The notes under the pieces were generated by a model. It was not told the DNA's origin, made no database searches, and worked only from the letters and a program-made list of their open reading frames with translations. Positions 26,384 through 38,800 of a stretch of 64,000 bases of DNA are shown here, in pieces. Made by a program: the position numbers and the translations under genes. Every line of letters starts with the position of its first letter. The first letter of the stretch is position 1. Source of the stretch: Nymphaea colorata. Lineage: Eukaryota. The stretch lies in the NCBI RefSeq assembly GCF_008831285.2, contig NC_045138.2, positions 42,284,001 to 42,348,000 of the forward strand. The letters run 5' to 3'.

Positions 26384-26741
26384 CAGGAGCCGAAGGAAGG
26401 GCGGGGGGTGGTGTGATCGCTTCTTTCTAGCAAAAAAATTTATGCATATATTTTTGAAAACTTTTGACTTGGCATATATAAATTTTGAAAATTATTATTC
26501 AGCGCCTCTACAAATTTTCAAAATATTATTCGGCCCTTCCTAAAAAAATTCTAGATCCACTGCAGTAGCAGAGCCACATATAGGTCGGTGTAGGTAGTTG
26601 CCTACACCAGTTTCTCAATTTTCTTTTATTTTTACATTAAAATCGTTTAACATTTACTTTGTTATACATATAAGTAACTCTTTATGTATGAAAACTTATG
26701 AATCAGTACCCCTTCAAAAAAATTTTCTAGCTACACGACTG
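26384..26741. mobile_element. Two abutting short hAT-type MITE remnants in RhoGDI intron 3 (about 26384-26562 and 26563-26741)
   Basis: Ends resemble CAGTGGCGGAGCC...GGCTCCGCCACTG-type TIRs (CAGTAGCAGAGCC ... CTAGCTACACGACTG; ...CTAGATCCACTG) and the element at 49970-50165. TSDs not recovered. Confidence 0.5.
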
Positions 26742-26907
26742 ATGATCCGGTTGTTAGATGTCTCCAAAGGGAGGGAGATTTGACTATAAACAACACTTTT
26801 GAGGAATAAGCTGACAGGAAATTACTTCAAGAAATAATTTGACAAATAATAAAATAGTTGTGCTGTTCCAGTGATAAAAAAGATGGCATTTTCTTTAATT
26901 TGCTTAC

Positions 26908-27129
26908 CTTTGAGACCAGTCTTCCAAACAGTGTTGGTATATTTAAGGCCAGAGACAATGTTGTTGCTGACCAAGAAGGAGAATTTGAGGCTGTAGCGGC
27001 TTCCTTCTTTTAGAACAAACAGCGGGCCACTTGAATGATCAGGTGACAGAGGCATGGGAAGGACCAGCTCAGGTCTACCAGGTGACGTGATTGAAAGGCT
27101 CAGAATCCTGACTTCTGGTTCCAAGCTTT
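26908..27129 (-). CDS. RhoGDI: RhoGDI exon 3 (ESLEPEVRILSLSI...GLKYTNTVWKTGLK)
   Basis: Immunoglobulin-like GDI domain FVLKEGSRYSLKFSF..NNIVSGLKYTNTVWK. Phase 1/1, GTAAG donor. Confidence 0.95.
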
Positions 27130-27233
27130 CTGTAAAGCATATATGAAAGAGAGCATAAACATCAAAAAAAGAAAAGGTTCCTCCCTTAAGCTCTCTTACA
27201 AATACAACTGAACAAAGCGAAAAAGCGAGAGAC

Positions 27234-27300
27234 CTCCAACAGAGTTAAAATCTACACCCCCCAAAAGCTGCTCTTTCCATCTCCTTAAGCTTTCGTCATC
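27234..27300 (-). CDS. RhoGDI: RhoGDI exon 2 (DDESLRRWKEQLLGGVDFNSVG)
   Basis: Signature DDESLRRWKEQLLG. AG/GT boundaries, phase 0/1. Confidence 0.95.
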
Positions 27301-27386
27301 CTAAGACATCAAGGAAGCACATGAATCTCAAAGCCAATAACACACACACACACATACAGAGAGAGAGAGAGAGAGGGAAAGGGAAC

Positions 27387-27680
27387 CTTATCTTTCTCCA
27401 GGTGCTCCTTGAGGGTGCACAGAGGACCAAGATGCGGCTTAAGGCCGGTGCTCTTCTTGCCGCCTTCATCCTCATCCTCCTGATCCTCATCATCATCATC
27501 ATCTGTGCCATAGAAGGAAGCCTCGCTTACCTGTCTGTTGAGTTTATCACCGTCCCACTGGTCACTACCCGATCTGCCTTGCACCTCATCTTCAGCTTCC
27601 CTCCTCTCCTTCTCGTCATCGAAACCCATTTCTTCCTTTGGATGTGAGATGGTGGTCGCGGTGCCCACGGCCATGGACAT
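27387..27680 (-). CDS. RhoGDI: Rho (ROP) GDP-dissociation inhibitor, exon 1 (MSMAVG...LGPLCTLKEHLEKDK)
   Basis: Acidic N-terminal arm and the plant RhoGDI motif LGPxxTLKEHLEKDK. GT donor at 27386-27385. Confidence 0.93.
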
Positions 27681-27767
27681 TCTTCTCCGTCATCCACAGC
27701 TCCTCCTTCCCTTCCAAGGTAACGAGCCGCTGACTAAGAACAAGGAGAGGGATAGAGAAGAGAGAGA

Positions 27768-27802
27768 GACGTGAGAGCCACTCAGGGCAGTACGTGCCAC
27801 GT
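27768..27802 (-). promoter_or_regulatory. Cluster of three ACGT cores including a canonical ABRE (ACGTGGC) about 90-120 bp upstream of the RhoGDI ATG
   Basis: The - strand reads GGAAACGTGGCACGTAC (27806-27790) and CTCACGTC (27775-27768). Confidence 0.35.
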
Positions 27803-27858
27803 TTCCAACAGGCTTCGACAGCCAACACTATATTTGGATACAGAACGTAAAATGTTTG

Positions 27859-27860
<2 letters not shown>

Positions 27861-27901
<41 letters not shown>
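27861..27901. repeat. (CT/GA)n microsatellite in the RhoGDI promoter region
   Basis: About 20 perfect CT units. Confidence 0.9.
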
Positions 27902-27905
<4 letters not shown>

Positions 27906-30900
27906 ACAAGAATGTATACACCCGCACAGAGTCGTTTCCTGCATATTGGTCAAAGCTTTCAGGAAAACCATCAAAATTTTACCCCCTTTTTTTCAAAACA
28001 TACATTTAAATGTTAAGCACCTAATTTTGCAGTGACATTTAAAAATTAACATCCTTTTCATCATGAATTAAAAGTGATTTGATGAGTTAAATTATGCAAA
28101 ATTCATAATGTTTGTTGTTTCCCTTACCTTTGTCGGCCATATTTATTAGCCACATTATCAATTCGTATTTTAGAAATTAACTATTAATCAATGTGCCGTA
28201 TCTGATTTAGCTATGTATATCTTGTTGACTCTGTCAGAATATTTAACCTAAATGTTAGATGCCTTTTCAAAATTATTTGCAAAACCGATGTTTTCGTTGC
28301 TCTTTCTTAGTTAATGAAATGGCATTTGCTTTTTCACTAATCTAATGGCTCTCTCAAGGAAAGAAATTCACGTTCGACTTTTCCACCAAAAATACTTTCA
28401 GCTTGCATCTTTTCTTTCCGTTAATTGTTTCCAAATCTTTATGAGCCCAATCTTTGCAATTCCGGCTCTAACCTCTGAGACCATTCCTGTCATGATCATG
28501 GTTTGAGCAAGCTTGCAGGTCCCTTGAAGAAACAAGAGCTAATAAAAAGAAGAATACCAAGAAGAATGAGTCCATGGTTGCTTGATGAAATCCTCAAAGC
28601 TTAGTTCGATGGTTGAGGTGGGAGAGCTACAATCATATCTCAGGACGCAAGGGGAAGTTCTAAAGGCATCTCCACCTGCACCTATGAAGGTACTGTCACG
28701 ACCCAAGTTTTTGACACAATTTATACATATATATATATATATAATAACAGAAGCAACATGAGTCTTACTATACGCAAACTTGAGTAATGACCAAAACGCA
28801 ACAAATCAAACACCAACACTGTTTGAAGAGACATCCTTATTTGATTTCCACACAAAGACTCTTAGACTCAAACAACTAAAGTATTTACAAAGTTCAGACC
28901 CGACGCAATGTCCAGATTACCAATGCCGGTCCATCACAAAGACTGAGGATGTTAATCTTGTAGCCCACAATCTCTTAAGAACTACCTGTAGAGATAAAAA
29001 GAATGGTCAGATTCCTCTGAGTATGGTAACATCCGACCATGAATAGAACATGGTCCGGCCAAAAAAATGTATAATGATGTTAAACAATTTCATATGAGGA
29101 CTTTATGGTCAACATCCATTAAGTCATCCAATCATAATGCACATTAGAGTTATTATCATCTACAAGATATACAAAACCTCCATATGTTTGTAGAATTATA
29201 ACGATGATCCCTTAACAATGATCATGGTCCTCATGACGAGCAAACAACAGAAAACCTAATAGGCACAACTCACAGGTAACACACAACATATCTTACCAGG
29301 TGATCCAAACCGATTGAGGGTAACCTAAAGTGAAGCCTCTTGAGATATCACAGACCACCGCTGCAGCAGCATGGTCTAACCACTGGTGTTACCCGAAGTG
29401 ATAGACCCGCAGTTCCTTTAGGCACCCGGGTTGAGGGACTAGGAGACACCTCGCTCTCCCACCAAAAGCATAACAAAATCCCCAGCCCTTGTGCCGCCCA
29501 ATACCCTATGGGCTGTCCAGTGGCAGACGGAGGAGTGTGCGACTACAATAACCTCATGTGCACCACTACCTCCCAGGATGAAACCAACCACTAGACCAAA
29601 GCTCATACTCGCATGTACCATTGCATAAAAGATAGTCCACCTTTTCCTATATGCATTCACATGGTAATTCCCATGAAAGCCAACTTTAGACCCCATTCTC
29701 AAGACAAAACCAATCTAACCACTTTCAATTTCCAAGAAGTAGGGACAACCACTATGACATATGTGTCAGGTATACCCTGCCAACTTTTGTTTATTTACGG
29801 TTCTTTATCAATTCATGTATATGTGCATCCACTGGTATCAAATACAGTATATATATGCACACACACCAAAGAAGCAAAAAGTATAGGCAGTAGGCCTTCA
29901 TACATGGCAAAAGAACTTGCTTCAAATTTTGGACAGGATTCTGTCTAACAAAATTTGACACAGGCAGGTGTTCACATGCTTGTGTACAGTCAGTCTTTCC
30001 TTTTTCAAAGGCTTCAACATGTTAACTTGTGAGCTCACATTCTTATTATGATATTAACGTGCTCTGTAGAACCGCATGTGCTACATGAGATATCTAAGTT
30101 TTGTCTACACTAGTTGTGTTTTTTGTATATAAGGATATGTTTGATTCTTTTTCCAGATTATGCTTCTTAGTTGCATCCTAAAATTGAGTGAGGAAGAAGA
30201 ATTCATGGCTCTTCCTTACCAACTTTCTTCATTCCATTTGAACGTCAGAAGTTTGTACAGTGGTAACTAGTAAAAGAGGTACTTGCTCACGAGGTGTTTG
30301 ATTATTTCCATTATAGTGAGCCTAAAGATTACATGACACAGATATTGTCTAGACAATCACACATAAACTAAAGATGCATGTCATGCTGCTGCATGTATCA
30401 GGTGCAGCTCATGCATATCTTACTCATGCTTCTAAAATTTTTCTCAAGAAAATAATCACTTGAAAAGTATCCAGATATGCGCAGAAAGTGCTTCATCTAC
30501 CAAGTCAGATGGGATGGCATTGAAACTTCAATTACAAGAGGTTAGAATTTTAATACTGATGGTACATCTGTTTTGGTGTAACTTATACAGGTCTGCCACC
30601 TGCACTTGCCTATCTAGATGACCAAATTCAGATCTTTACCTATATTAATTTCTTTGGACCATGAGTAGCTAGAGCAGTAAAATATATTATCCTAGAAGTG
30701 GGGACCGGCACAATGATATGAGAGAAGCATGCAAGGCACATATCAGTGATACTTTTGCGCATGCCCCAACAGCGTCATGTTGAACATCATAAATGCTGCC
30801 TGTTCGACATACATCTTATGTTCCAAAAATTATCCTTCTCAGCATTTAGATATTTTTTTTCTTGAAATTCTTAAGTTCCCAGTTCTGAGTAAATCAAAGT

Positions 30901-31306
30901 CAAGAAAAGCTTTCTAATTTTTGTGGCCTCACGAGTACGATTCAGTCTTATGTAAAACTTCAGGGGCTCATTTTTAATCCTAATCAATATTCAAGTTCTT
31001 GTTCGAGAATCTGACAGACTCGTTATTCACGTATACAGGGACTCTATGATAAGCACAAGTTTTTAAGCAAACTCTGAGAGTTCATCTGAATCCTACTCAT
31101 TACTTCAAGGATTGTATGAAAAGAAACACAGATTTAAACGAAATGGAAACTTCTACAGAGTGCCAAGTAAAGCATGCATTGCTTTAACAACTACCAAGCA
31201 ACAAGAGATATCTAAGACTAAGAGTGATTTGTATAGTTTCCAGCATATCACACATCATACGTCGATTTATATCTAGGCACATAAGCATTTAGATTCATTA
31301 CTATAC

Positions 31307-31308
<2 letters not shown>

Positions 31309-31357
<49 letters not shown>
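31309..31357. repeat. (TA)n microsatellite
   Basis: About 24 TA units. Confidence 0.95.
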
Positions 31358-31359
<2 letters not shown>

Positions 31360-31512
31360 AGGACTACAAGTTGCACATATGGTCTGAATATCCCCATACC
31401 TTATTGCTCTAAGCCGTAGCCGATTCCATTTGCTTGCAGGGCTGTCACTCCAACTATGCAGTCCTTCGTTTCGACCAGCTGCTACCTAGCTTTCTTGATC
31501 CTCCAAGCCGCG

Positions 31513-32042
31513 GATGACATCATGTGGAGCAGTCCCTCTTTGCTCTTGAACTTCACCCCTAAGACGCAGGAAAACAAAAGTTCGCTCTCACTTTTCTCTA
31601 ATTTCTAGTTGCTGGAACCCTCCCTCTATGGCTGTAGCAATTAGAACCTAAAATACTACAGTATGGGATTAGATAAAGCCAATACATGGCCAGCAACACC
31701 CCCATATGAATTTTGTGAGGAAGGCTTCTCAGCTCCTCAATCATTTTTAGTTTCTTTTCATATTTTCAGTTACTACGATGACATCATGTGGAGCAGTCCC
31801 TCTTTGCTCTTGATCTTCACCCCTAAGACGCAGGAAAACAAAAGTTAGCTCTCACTTTTCTCTAATTTCTAGTTGCTGGAACCCTCCCTCTATGGCTGTA
31901 GCAATTAGAACCTAAAATACTACAGTATGGGATTAGATAAGGCCAATACATGGCCAGCAACACCCCCATATGAATTTTCTGAGGAAGGCTTCTCAGCTGT
32001 CCTCAATCATTTTTAGTTTCTTTTAATATTTTTAGTTACTAC
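31513..32042. repeat. 264-bp direct tandem duplication inside the solo LTR
   Basis: GATGACATCATGTGGAGCAGTCCCTCTTTGCTCTTGA at 31513 and 31777, near-identical through AGTTACTAC. Confidence 0.95.
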
Positions 32043-33122
32043 TTCCAGCCAGGTATATATTTGGTAACCCATTCATTTCTTCCCATGACTGCCCCCTTTA
32101 TGATGTAGTTGATAGTTTCATCTATTTTTAACAGTCATTTAATCTAACATTTATAACCTGTACCTATATTTATGTTTTCTCACTAATTAAAGAAAAAGAA
32201 GAAATCGTGGGCGTTACAAGTACTGTTTGCTTGGAATGCTGATCAGAAGAGATCAACCACGAATTAGCCAGATGACACGTGATGTTGATATTATCATCAA
32301 CTCCAAGCTTTGGCATGAAGATTTGACAAAGTTTTGAATCAAAGCGACTAATTTCTGCTTTGGTTCTAACATTGAATTGAGGTTCTTGGTACCAAAGTTT
32401 GTATTCTAGAATCCAACACTACTGGACTATTTCAAATTTCGGTATTCTGGAATCCTGACACTACTGAACTATTGCAAAAGGTTTACTAGATCTCTAATTA
32501 AAAGAACTGTATCCTGGATTCAGTACTGATGTTCTGCAGGTCTGTTTGGATCTTGATACTAGAGTCAAGTAGTCGTTTTTTTAAGATCTCAGCATAAGGA
32601 ATCCTCTCACATGTACTGGATATTTCAAATCCATTGGAGCTGGCGGCCAAAGTAGAGCTCTCCCTTTTAGTGCCTAGCTTCCATTCTCTAGTTCTTTTAG
32701 TGGGAATGGTCTTGTGGAAGATGTGTGATACTGCATGCCAATTAAAACACATGGACTTAACAATAGAGATGGTTATGAGTAGATTGAGAAGGGTGGTTTG
32801 TCAAGTGCAAGCTAGCTTGATGATTTCTAGGTAGTAATGAATCTTAAGGTGCTGGTGCACTCAACCATTTGATCATAATATGATCCTATTTCAGTTAATT
32901 GAAAGAGAATTTAGACTATTTAGCAAATCTCCTTCAATTTTATAATTATCGGTGACAAAAGGTATTTGAAACCCGGGAAAGTGGAGTTCAACTGAGGGGT
33001 TAACATTCTGGAATACAATTACGGCTCCTGCAACATTCAAAATGAAATTCAGTCTGCTGCGTTTGATGCACAGAAAGTGTGCAGCAAGGGAACTGTTTCT
33101 TTCCTGGCCGGATTATCAGCAG

Positions 33123-33595
33123 TAGGGCTGCACAACGAGTCGAGCCAGCTCGGGCTCGACTCGAACTCGCCCGGTTAAACTCGGCTCGAGCTCGACTCGT
33201 TTATAAACGAGTCGAGTTCGAGCTTACAATGAAACTCGAATGAGTAAACGAGTCGAGTTCGAGTTTTAAGAACTCGACTCGTTTATACTCGGCTCGACTC
33301 GTTTATACTCGACGAGTAAACAAATTTCATCCCACGTCATGAAATTTACTAGATATTTTAAAAAGAAGGATCATATTTTATTTAGACCAGCTAATCGAGT
33401 TAATCGAGTCGAGCTCGAGCTCGACTTTATTTAATCGAGTCGAGCTCGAGCTCGACTTTATTTAATCGAGTCGAGCTCGAGCTTGTGTTAGGTAGCTCGA
33501 CTCGAGTTCGAGTCGAGTTCGAGCTCGAGCTCGTTGAGTCGAGTCGAGCTCGAGCTGGGCAAGCTCGAGCTCGACTCGGCTCGTGTGCAGCCCTA
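33123..33595. mobile_element. Non-autonomous hAT MITE (473 bp) with TCGAG/CTCGA subterminal arrays
   Basis: TIRs TAGGGCTGCACA / TGTGCAGCCCTA. Perfect 8-bp TSD ATCAGCAG (33115-33122 and 33596-33603). Confidence 0.95.
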
Positions 33596-34009
33596 ATCAG
33601 CAGTCCACCAAACAGAGAAAAAATTTCCCCATTTTATGGGGCAGATCCCGTGAAATTTCCCTTGGAAAAAGGTTGGACCCCAAGGGGTCCGACCAGGATA
33701 AAAAGTTCCGGCCCGTTAGGGCTGTCTCCTTCTCCCTTGTCTCTCTTGCTGAGTGGAGAAGGAAGCCATTCCTTGCTTCTGCTCCTCATCGCTTCTCCTT
33801 CATTCCTCTCATACCCTTCAACCTCCTCCTCCTCCTGTCATATATCTGTCGCACAAAAGAGGAAAAAGCAAGGCAAGAAAGGTTAAACGGCGAAAAAGGA
33901 TGAGCAGGCAGGCAGCGGCCCCCCTGCCACTATCGGCGTCAAGCCCACCTTCCCTCCTCACCAATGTTGTGGTGAACAAACACAGAAGTTCTTTTCACGA
34001 AAAAATGTT

Positions 34010-34490
34010 CCTGGCCGTCAAACATGGCTTGGATTTGGAAAGAATTGAGATTTGCCAAACCGTACACTTTCATTGCATTTCTTTTTTCATGAAACCTTTT
34101 CCACATTAAAATCTTCCATGCCATCAAATGCTCCCAAGAGACAACATTTGGTCACCTAGAATTAAGTTGAGAATGACCACATTTATGGCCTTCACAAGGA
34201 AAGGGAAACGAAGGAGGAACTTTAACACTTTATGATGTTAGAAGAAGCCTATTGCAAGCAAAAATTAAGAGTCAAATGGATACAAGGAGGCAATTTAAAC
34301 ACTTATTGTTCCATGAGGTGGTCAAAGGCAAAAGAGAAGGGAATAGAATCCTTATGGTTCATATTGGATATCAGTTGTTTATGGAGCCAGTGGTCATTTT
34401 CTTAGCCTAGTTTGTATACTTTAAGAACTTGCTTAGCTCTAACCTTAATTTCTTAAGGGGGATTCTTCCCTCAAAGCCCATGTTTAGACC
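34010..34490 (+). mobile_element. Old L1-like LINE ORF2 fragment (endonuclease-to-RT linker)
   Basis: EEAYCKQKLRVKWIQGGNLNT..FHEVVKGKREGNRI near 34240-34350 matches the conserved EExxWxQRxRxxWLxEGDxNTxFFH motif. Confidence 0.65.
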
Positions 34491-35810
34491 TGTAATTTTT
34501 TTGAAAAAAAAAACATTGGTGCAGTTTTGGATATAAATATAATTTAGCAATACAATTCAAATATCTATGTTCACAAACAAAATCAAATATTCTATTTAAT
34601 ACAATATGAAATCACACACAAGTCATCATTTTACCAGATTTCTCTAGTAGTAAGTTTGAATCGAACTCTAAGGACAACAATTGAATATCAAGATATGTAT
34701 AATCAAGACATGACGAATCTAAGTAGTATCCAGATAGAACAAGCATAGTATTATCCAAATGAAATACTTCTATTAAACGAAATTAAAAGTCCAAAAAATA
34801 GTCCAATAATGCTTAATGGTATTGCATGAATTTTTTCAATTAGTGCAAGATTGTCTTCAAAATAAAAAAAAATTCTAATACCTTTGTCTACAACTTATCA
34901 CAACAAACCAAAGAAAAAAAAAATAAAATCCTAAATCCAAAAATAGTGGCTCTTTTGAAGCTGTTCGATAACTCCTGTATTTTAATAGCATCTCAAATCT
35001 CTAACATTGATAGTTCTTCATTCTTCGTGATGTGTTTTGCTTCCGTCTTAAGTTGGTTTCAAGACACATGAAAGAAGTTTCAGTTGCATAACAAGTTAGA
35101 GCACAAAATGACAGCAATACAAGGCTGCCAAAATACAAAAATAAGACACATTATGTATGTGCATGTAAGTGTGTACTACCTAGTTATTAATGCAAAATAC
35201 AACTAGCTTCTAGTGTCTTTTATGTCAAAAACGTTTAGACATAGTTAATGTTGGCTAACCCAAGTTTACAGTAATTCGAGAACTAAAAAATACACAACCC
35301 ACTAATGTAAGTTGCTATAAACAAGAATAGATGCAAAATCACACAATTAGGCATTAAAAACAATAGATTTCATTGAACAACAATCTAAATTAATGAAACA
35401 TAATGATAAATGCACCATCTTTGCAAGCATTTAAGTATAATAGTTTGCATCTGAAAACTAACTATAATAACTAATTAACAAGCAGTTTTCATCTAAGACT
35501 ACTTTTTAACAAAAGATAATCCGTTTTCTACTAAACTACACTATAAATTATACAAAAATATGGTAAAACATATTACTAATTTCAGACTTTCCTTCTCTAA
35601 AATGCAGAAAACAACAAAGAATAATCTATAAACGAAGCTACATATATATAATAGTCAACAACTAATTTTTATCACAAAGCTATTTTCTTAACAAAAGGTA
35701 ATACTTTTCCTATTCCGAAGAACTAATGCTGGGGTTAGCCCCGGAGTTTATTAGCAAAAAATGAGGATAATATATACATCAACAAAATGGGATCTGAGCG
35801 ATCCTAAGCT

Positions 35811-38800
35811 TTACAAAATATCCTCATACGGTCTCCAGTTGGGAGGGGGCCGATGCCAAACTTTGCTAGTAATGGTTCTGTCCACTCTTCTAAGCAAATG
35901 GAACACCTCAGGTGCTGGGTCATCTCTAATAAAAACCAACTTGTTCTGCTCTAGACACACGGATTCACCTAAAACCTGCTGTACTGTGTTGTTCCTCAAG
36001 CACTTGCAGCAGCGCCTAATAAAACTACCATTGTTGCAAATTACCTTAATGGTGCCATCAAGCCTATCAATCCCTTGAACTGCTCGTAGGCAATGCGAAA
36101 GTAGACTTCCTTCATCAGTAGCTCTACTCTCATCACTCCAGCAGGCAATGCCAAAAATAAACCGGCCACTATGCTCTCTCACTAAAGCAGACACATCCCT
36201 ATTGTCCTTATTAAGATGCACCGCAATATGGATATTGTAGACAGTTCCATTCTCCCATCTCCAGCATCCCCAAGGAAGCCCAACCATTAACCAAGTTTGG
36301 ATAGCTTGCCTATCACTAAGCGACCAGTCTCTAGAAATGATGAAATCAATGCAATAACTCCATAACGCCTTACCAGTCAAGTTCATAGCGTGCTTTCCCT
36401 CATGCTTGCAGCTGTTGCGCCATTTCCATGTGTGCCAAAGGACTATGTGCAACAAATTTTTCCAACACTTGAAGAGGATCTTATTTTTAAATTTGCGAGA
36501 AGTCCACCAGACAAGAGCTTCCTTGACAGTTGCAGGTTGGAAATTATTCTGCCCAAACTTCCTTAAGACCAACTCCCACAGGCTTTTGATTACCTTGCAT
36601 TGAAGGAAAACATGGTTAATATCTTCTTGAGCATTATTACAAATATAGCATCTGGAAGCAAGTTGGAGGCCCTGCTTTTGGGCTCTCGCATCAACATGTA
36701 GGCAGCCTTCGACTGCCAAGTAGGTTGTCCATGCAGCACGGGGAGGGGCTCCAACTTTTCAAATGAAATTCCTCCAAGGTTGCACGGTACTGCTAACACG
36801 CAATACATCCCAAAACTGGTGTCGTGACAGGGGACGGTTGGCACAGTCCACCCATTCAAGAATATCCTGCCGACTATCCTCAAGGACCGGAAGTTGCATC
36901 AAAATGCTATTAGAGTCTAAAAACATTTGGACATAGGTTTCTTGATCAGCAAGAATCTCCTTAATAGAGCAGTTTATGGTGTCTAGAATCAGGGGCCAAT
37001 GGGCGTGTGCAATCATGTTAGCGATAATGACCCCATTCCACCTGTCGCGCCAAAATTTGACTGAAGACCCATTATGAACTCTCCAATGAACTTGAGATTC
37101 AATAAGCTGCCAGCATTTAATCACCCTTTTCCATAGAAAGGATTCATTCCCGCTGATTTTATAATGCCACAGACTTTTCTTAGCTAAATATTTGACCTTG
37201 ACAAGATCAGTCCACAGGGAAACCTGTGTGATTGCTTTGACACCAAGAAAACAGAAGTTGGCCCTATTAACATCCGCCAAATGCCGGAGTCCAACACCAC
37301 CCTCCACCTTTGGCTTACAAAGAGTCTCCCATCTGATAAGGTGAACTCCTTTTGCCTCCCTATCGTCCCCCCATATGAAACTGGAGCACACCCTGTCAAG
37401 TTTATGACAGATAGACTTGGGAATCCAAATGACCATCATCCAATAGTTTGGAATAGCTGACAAGACATGTTTGACCAAGCAGATTCTGCCGGCATAAGAG
37501 AGTAACTTTTGCTTCCAACCAGCAAGCTTCTGGTTAACCCTAATCACAAGATGTTCACATTGGCTGACAGAAATGGCCTTGATTTGGAGAGGTAAGCCCA
37601 AATGTATAACTGGAAAGACGCCCCTCCTCCAACCTGTCATAGAACAAAATGTACTACATTCCACCTCCGAGCAGTTGAAAAAGAAAGCCGTAGTCTTATT
37701 GGGGTTTAATTTTTGACCCGAAGTAGCCTCAAACTCAGCAAGACAATCACTAAGGCCTTGAAAACACTTATATTTTCCTTCAATGAAAAGGAGGATATCA
37801 TCAGCGTAAAAGGAAGAATGGGTAGAACTTAAGCATCTAACCTTAGGGGCTCGAATCCTTCCAACTTGCAAGTAGGACAGGATACTGCGGCTGAGAACTT
37901 CCATGGTAACGAGGAACAGGTAGGGGGACAAGGGATCTCCCTGCCTCAGCCCCCTTTTTGTGTAAAACCAAGAACCTTCCTTGCCGTTAATTAGAAGCGC
38001 AGACGACACAGAAGAGATTACAATCATTATCCGCCTGATCCAGTTGGAACAAAAGCCAAGCAACTTGAGTCCATTCTCCACAAATTTCCAATTCACTCTG
38101 TCATAGGCCTTGCTAAGATCTATTTTGACACATGCCGCCTTAGACTTACTCCAGGCGAGGGAGTGGATCACCTCCTGGCTGAAAAGGAAGCTGTCTTGAA
38201 TGCTGCGGCCCAACAAAAAAGCTGACTGATTTTGATCAAGGATACGGCTCAAGATGGGTCTCATCCGTAAGACCATGATACGAGTCAGGAATTTGAGGAT
38301 GCTATTGCAAAGAGAAATAGGACGGAACTTGTCCAAAGTGTCGGCTCCCTCTTCTTTGGGAAGAAGAACAATGTGAGTTTTATTGATCCCCTTTATTATG
38401 CGACTGGACCGAAAAAAATCCTTAATAGCGAGGCTCACATCAGGTTCAATAATAGACCAGAACGAACGATAGAATTGATTGTTAAATCCGTCTGGCCCGG
38501 CAGCTGAGTCCTTATTCGCACTGAAGACTGCCCACTGAATTTCCTCATCACGAATAGGGCTAACCAAATACTCATTTTCTTCTGCAGTCACCACCGGACC
38601 TGGAGAAACATTGGAGGGAAGGAGTCCAGTGTCAGCATTGTCAGTCAACAGGTCTTTGAAATGTCTAGTGCAAGTAGCAAAAATTTCGTCCATATCCGAA
38701 ACCGCCCTATCACCATCCCTAATCATGTGGATACGGTTTTTCCTTTGCCTACCTATAGCAATGGCATGGAAAAATTTAGAATTAATATCACCTTCTCTCA

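Larger units (their letters stand above)
28694..32218. mobile_element. Probable large (3.5 kb) gypsy solo LTR (Tekay/Del-like ends)
   Basis: Ends TGTCACGACCC ... GGGCGTTACA. Flanks GGTAC / AGTAC (4/5 TSD match). No coding domains inside. Confidence 0.7.

Noticed and set aside
27309..27386. ORF-track extension of RhoGDI exon 1 (VPFPSLSLSLYVCVC...)
   Set aside because: It is read-through into intron 1 microsatellites. The GT donor at 27386 gives the conserved KDK-DDESL junction.
33485..34109. Overlapping ORFs of 133, 106 and 118 aa
   Set aside because: They come from MITE TCGAG repeats and low-complexity flanks, with no recognisable domain or splice structure.
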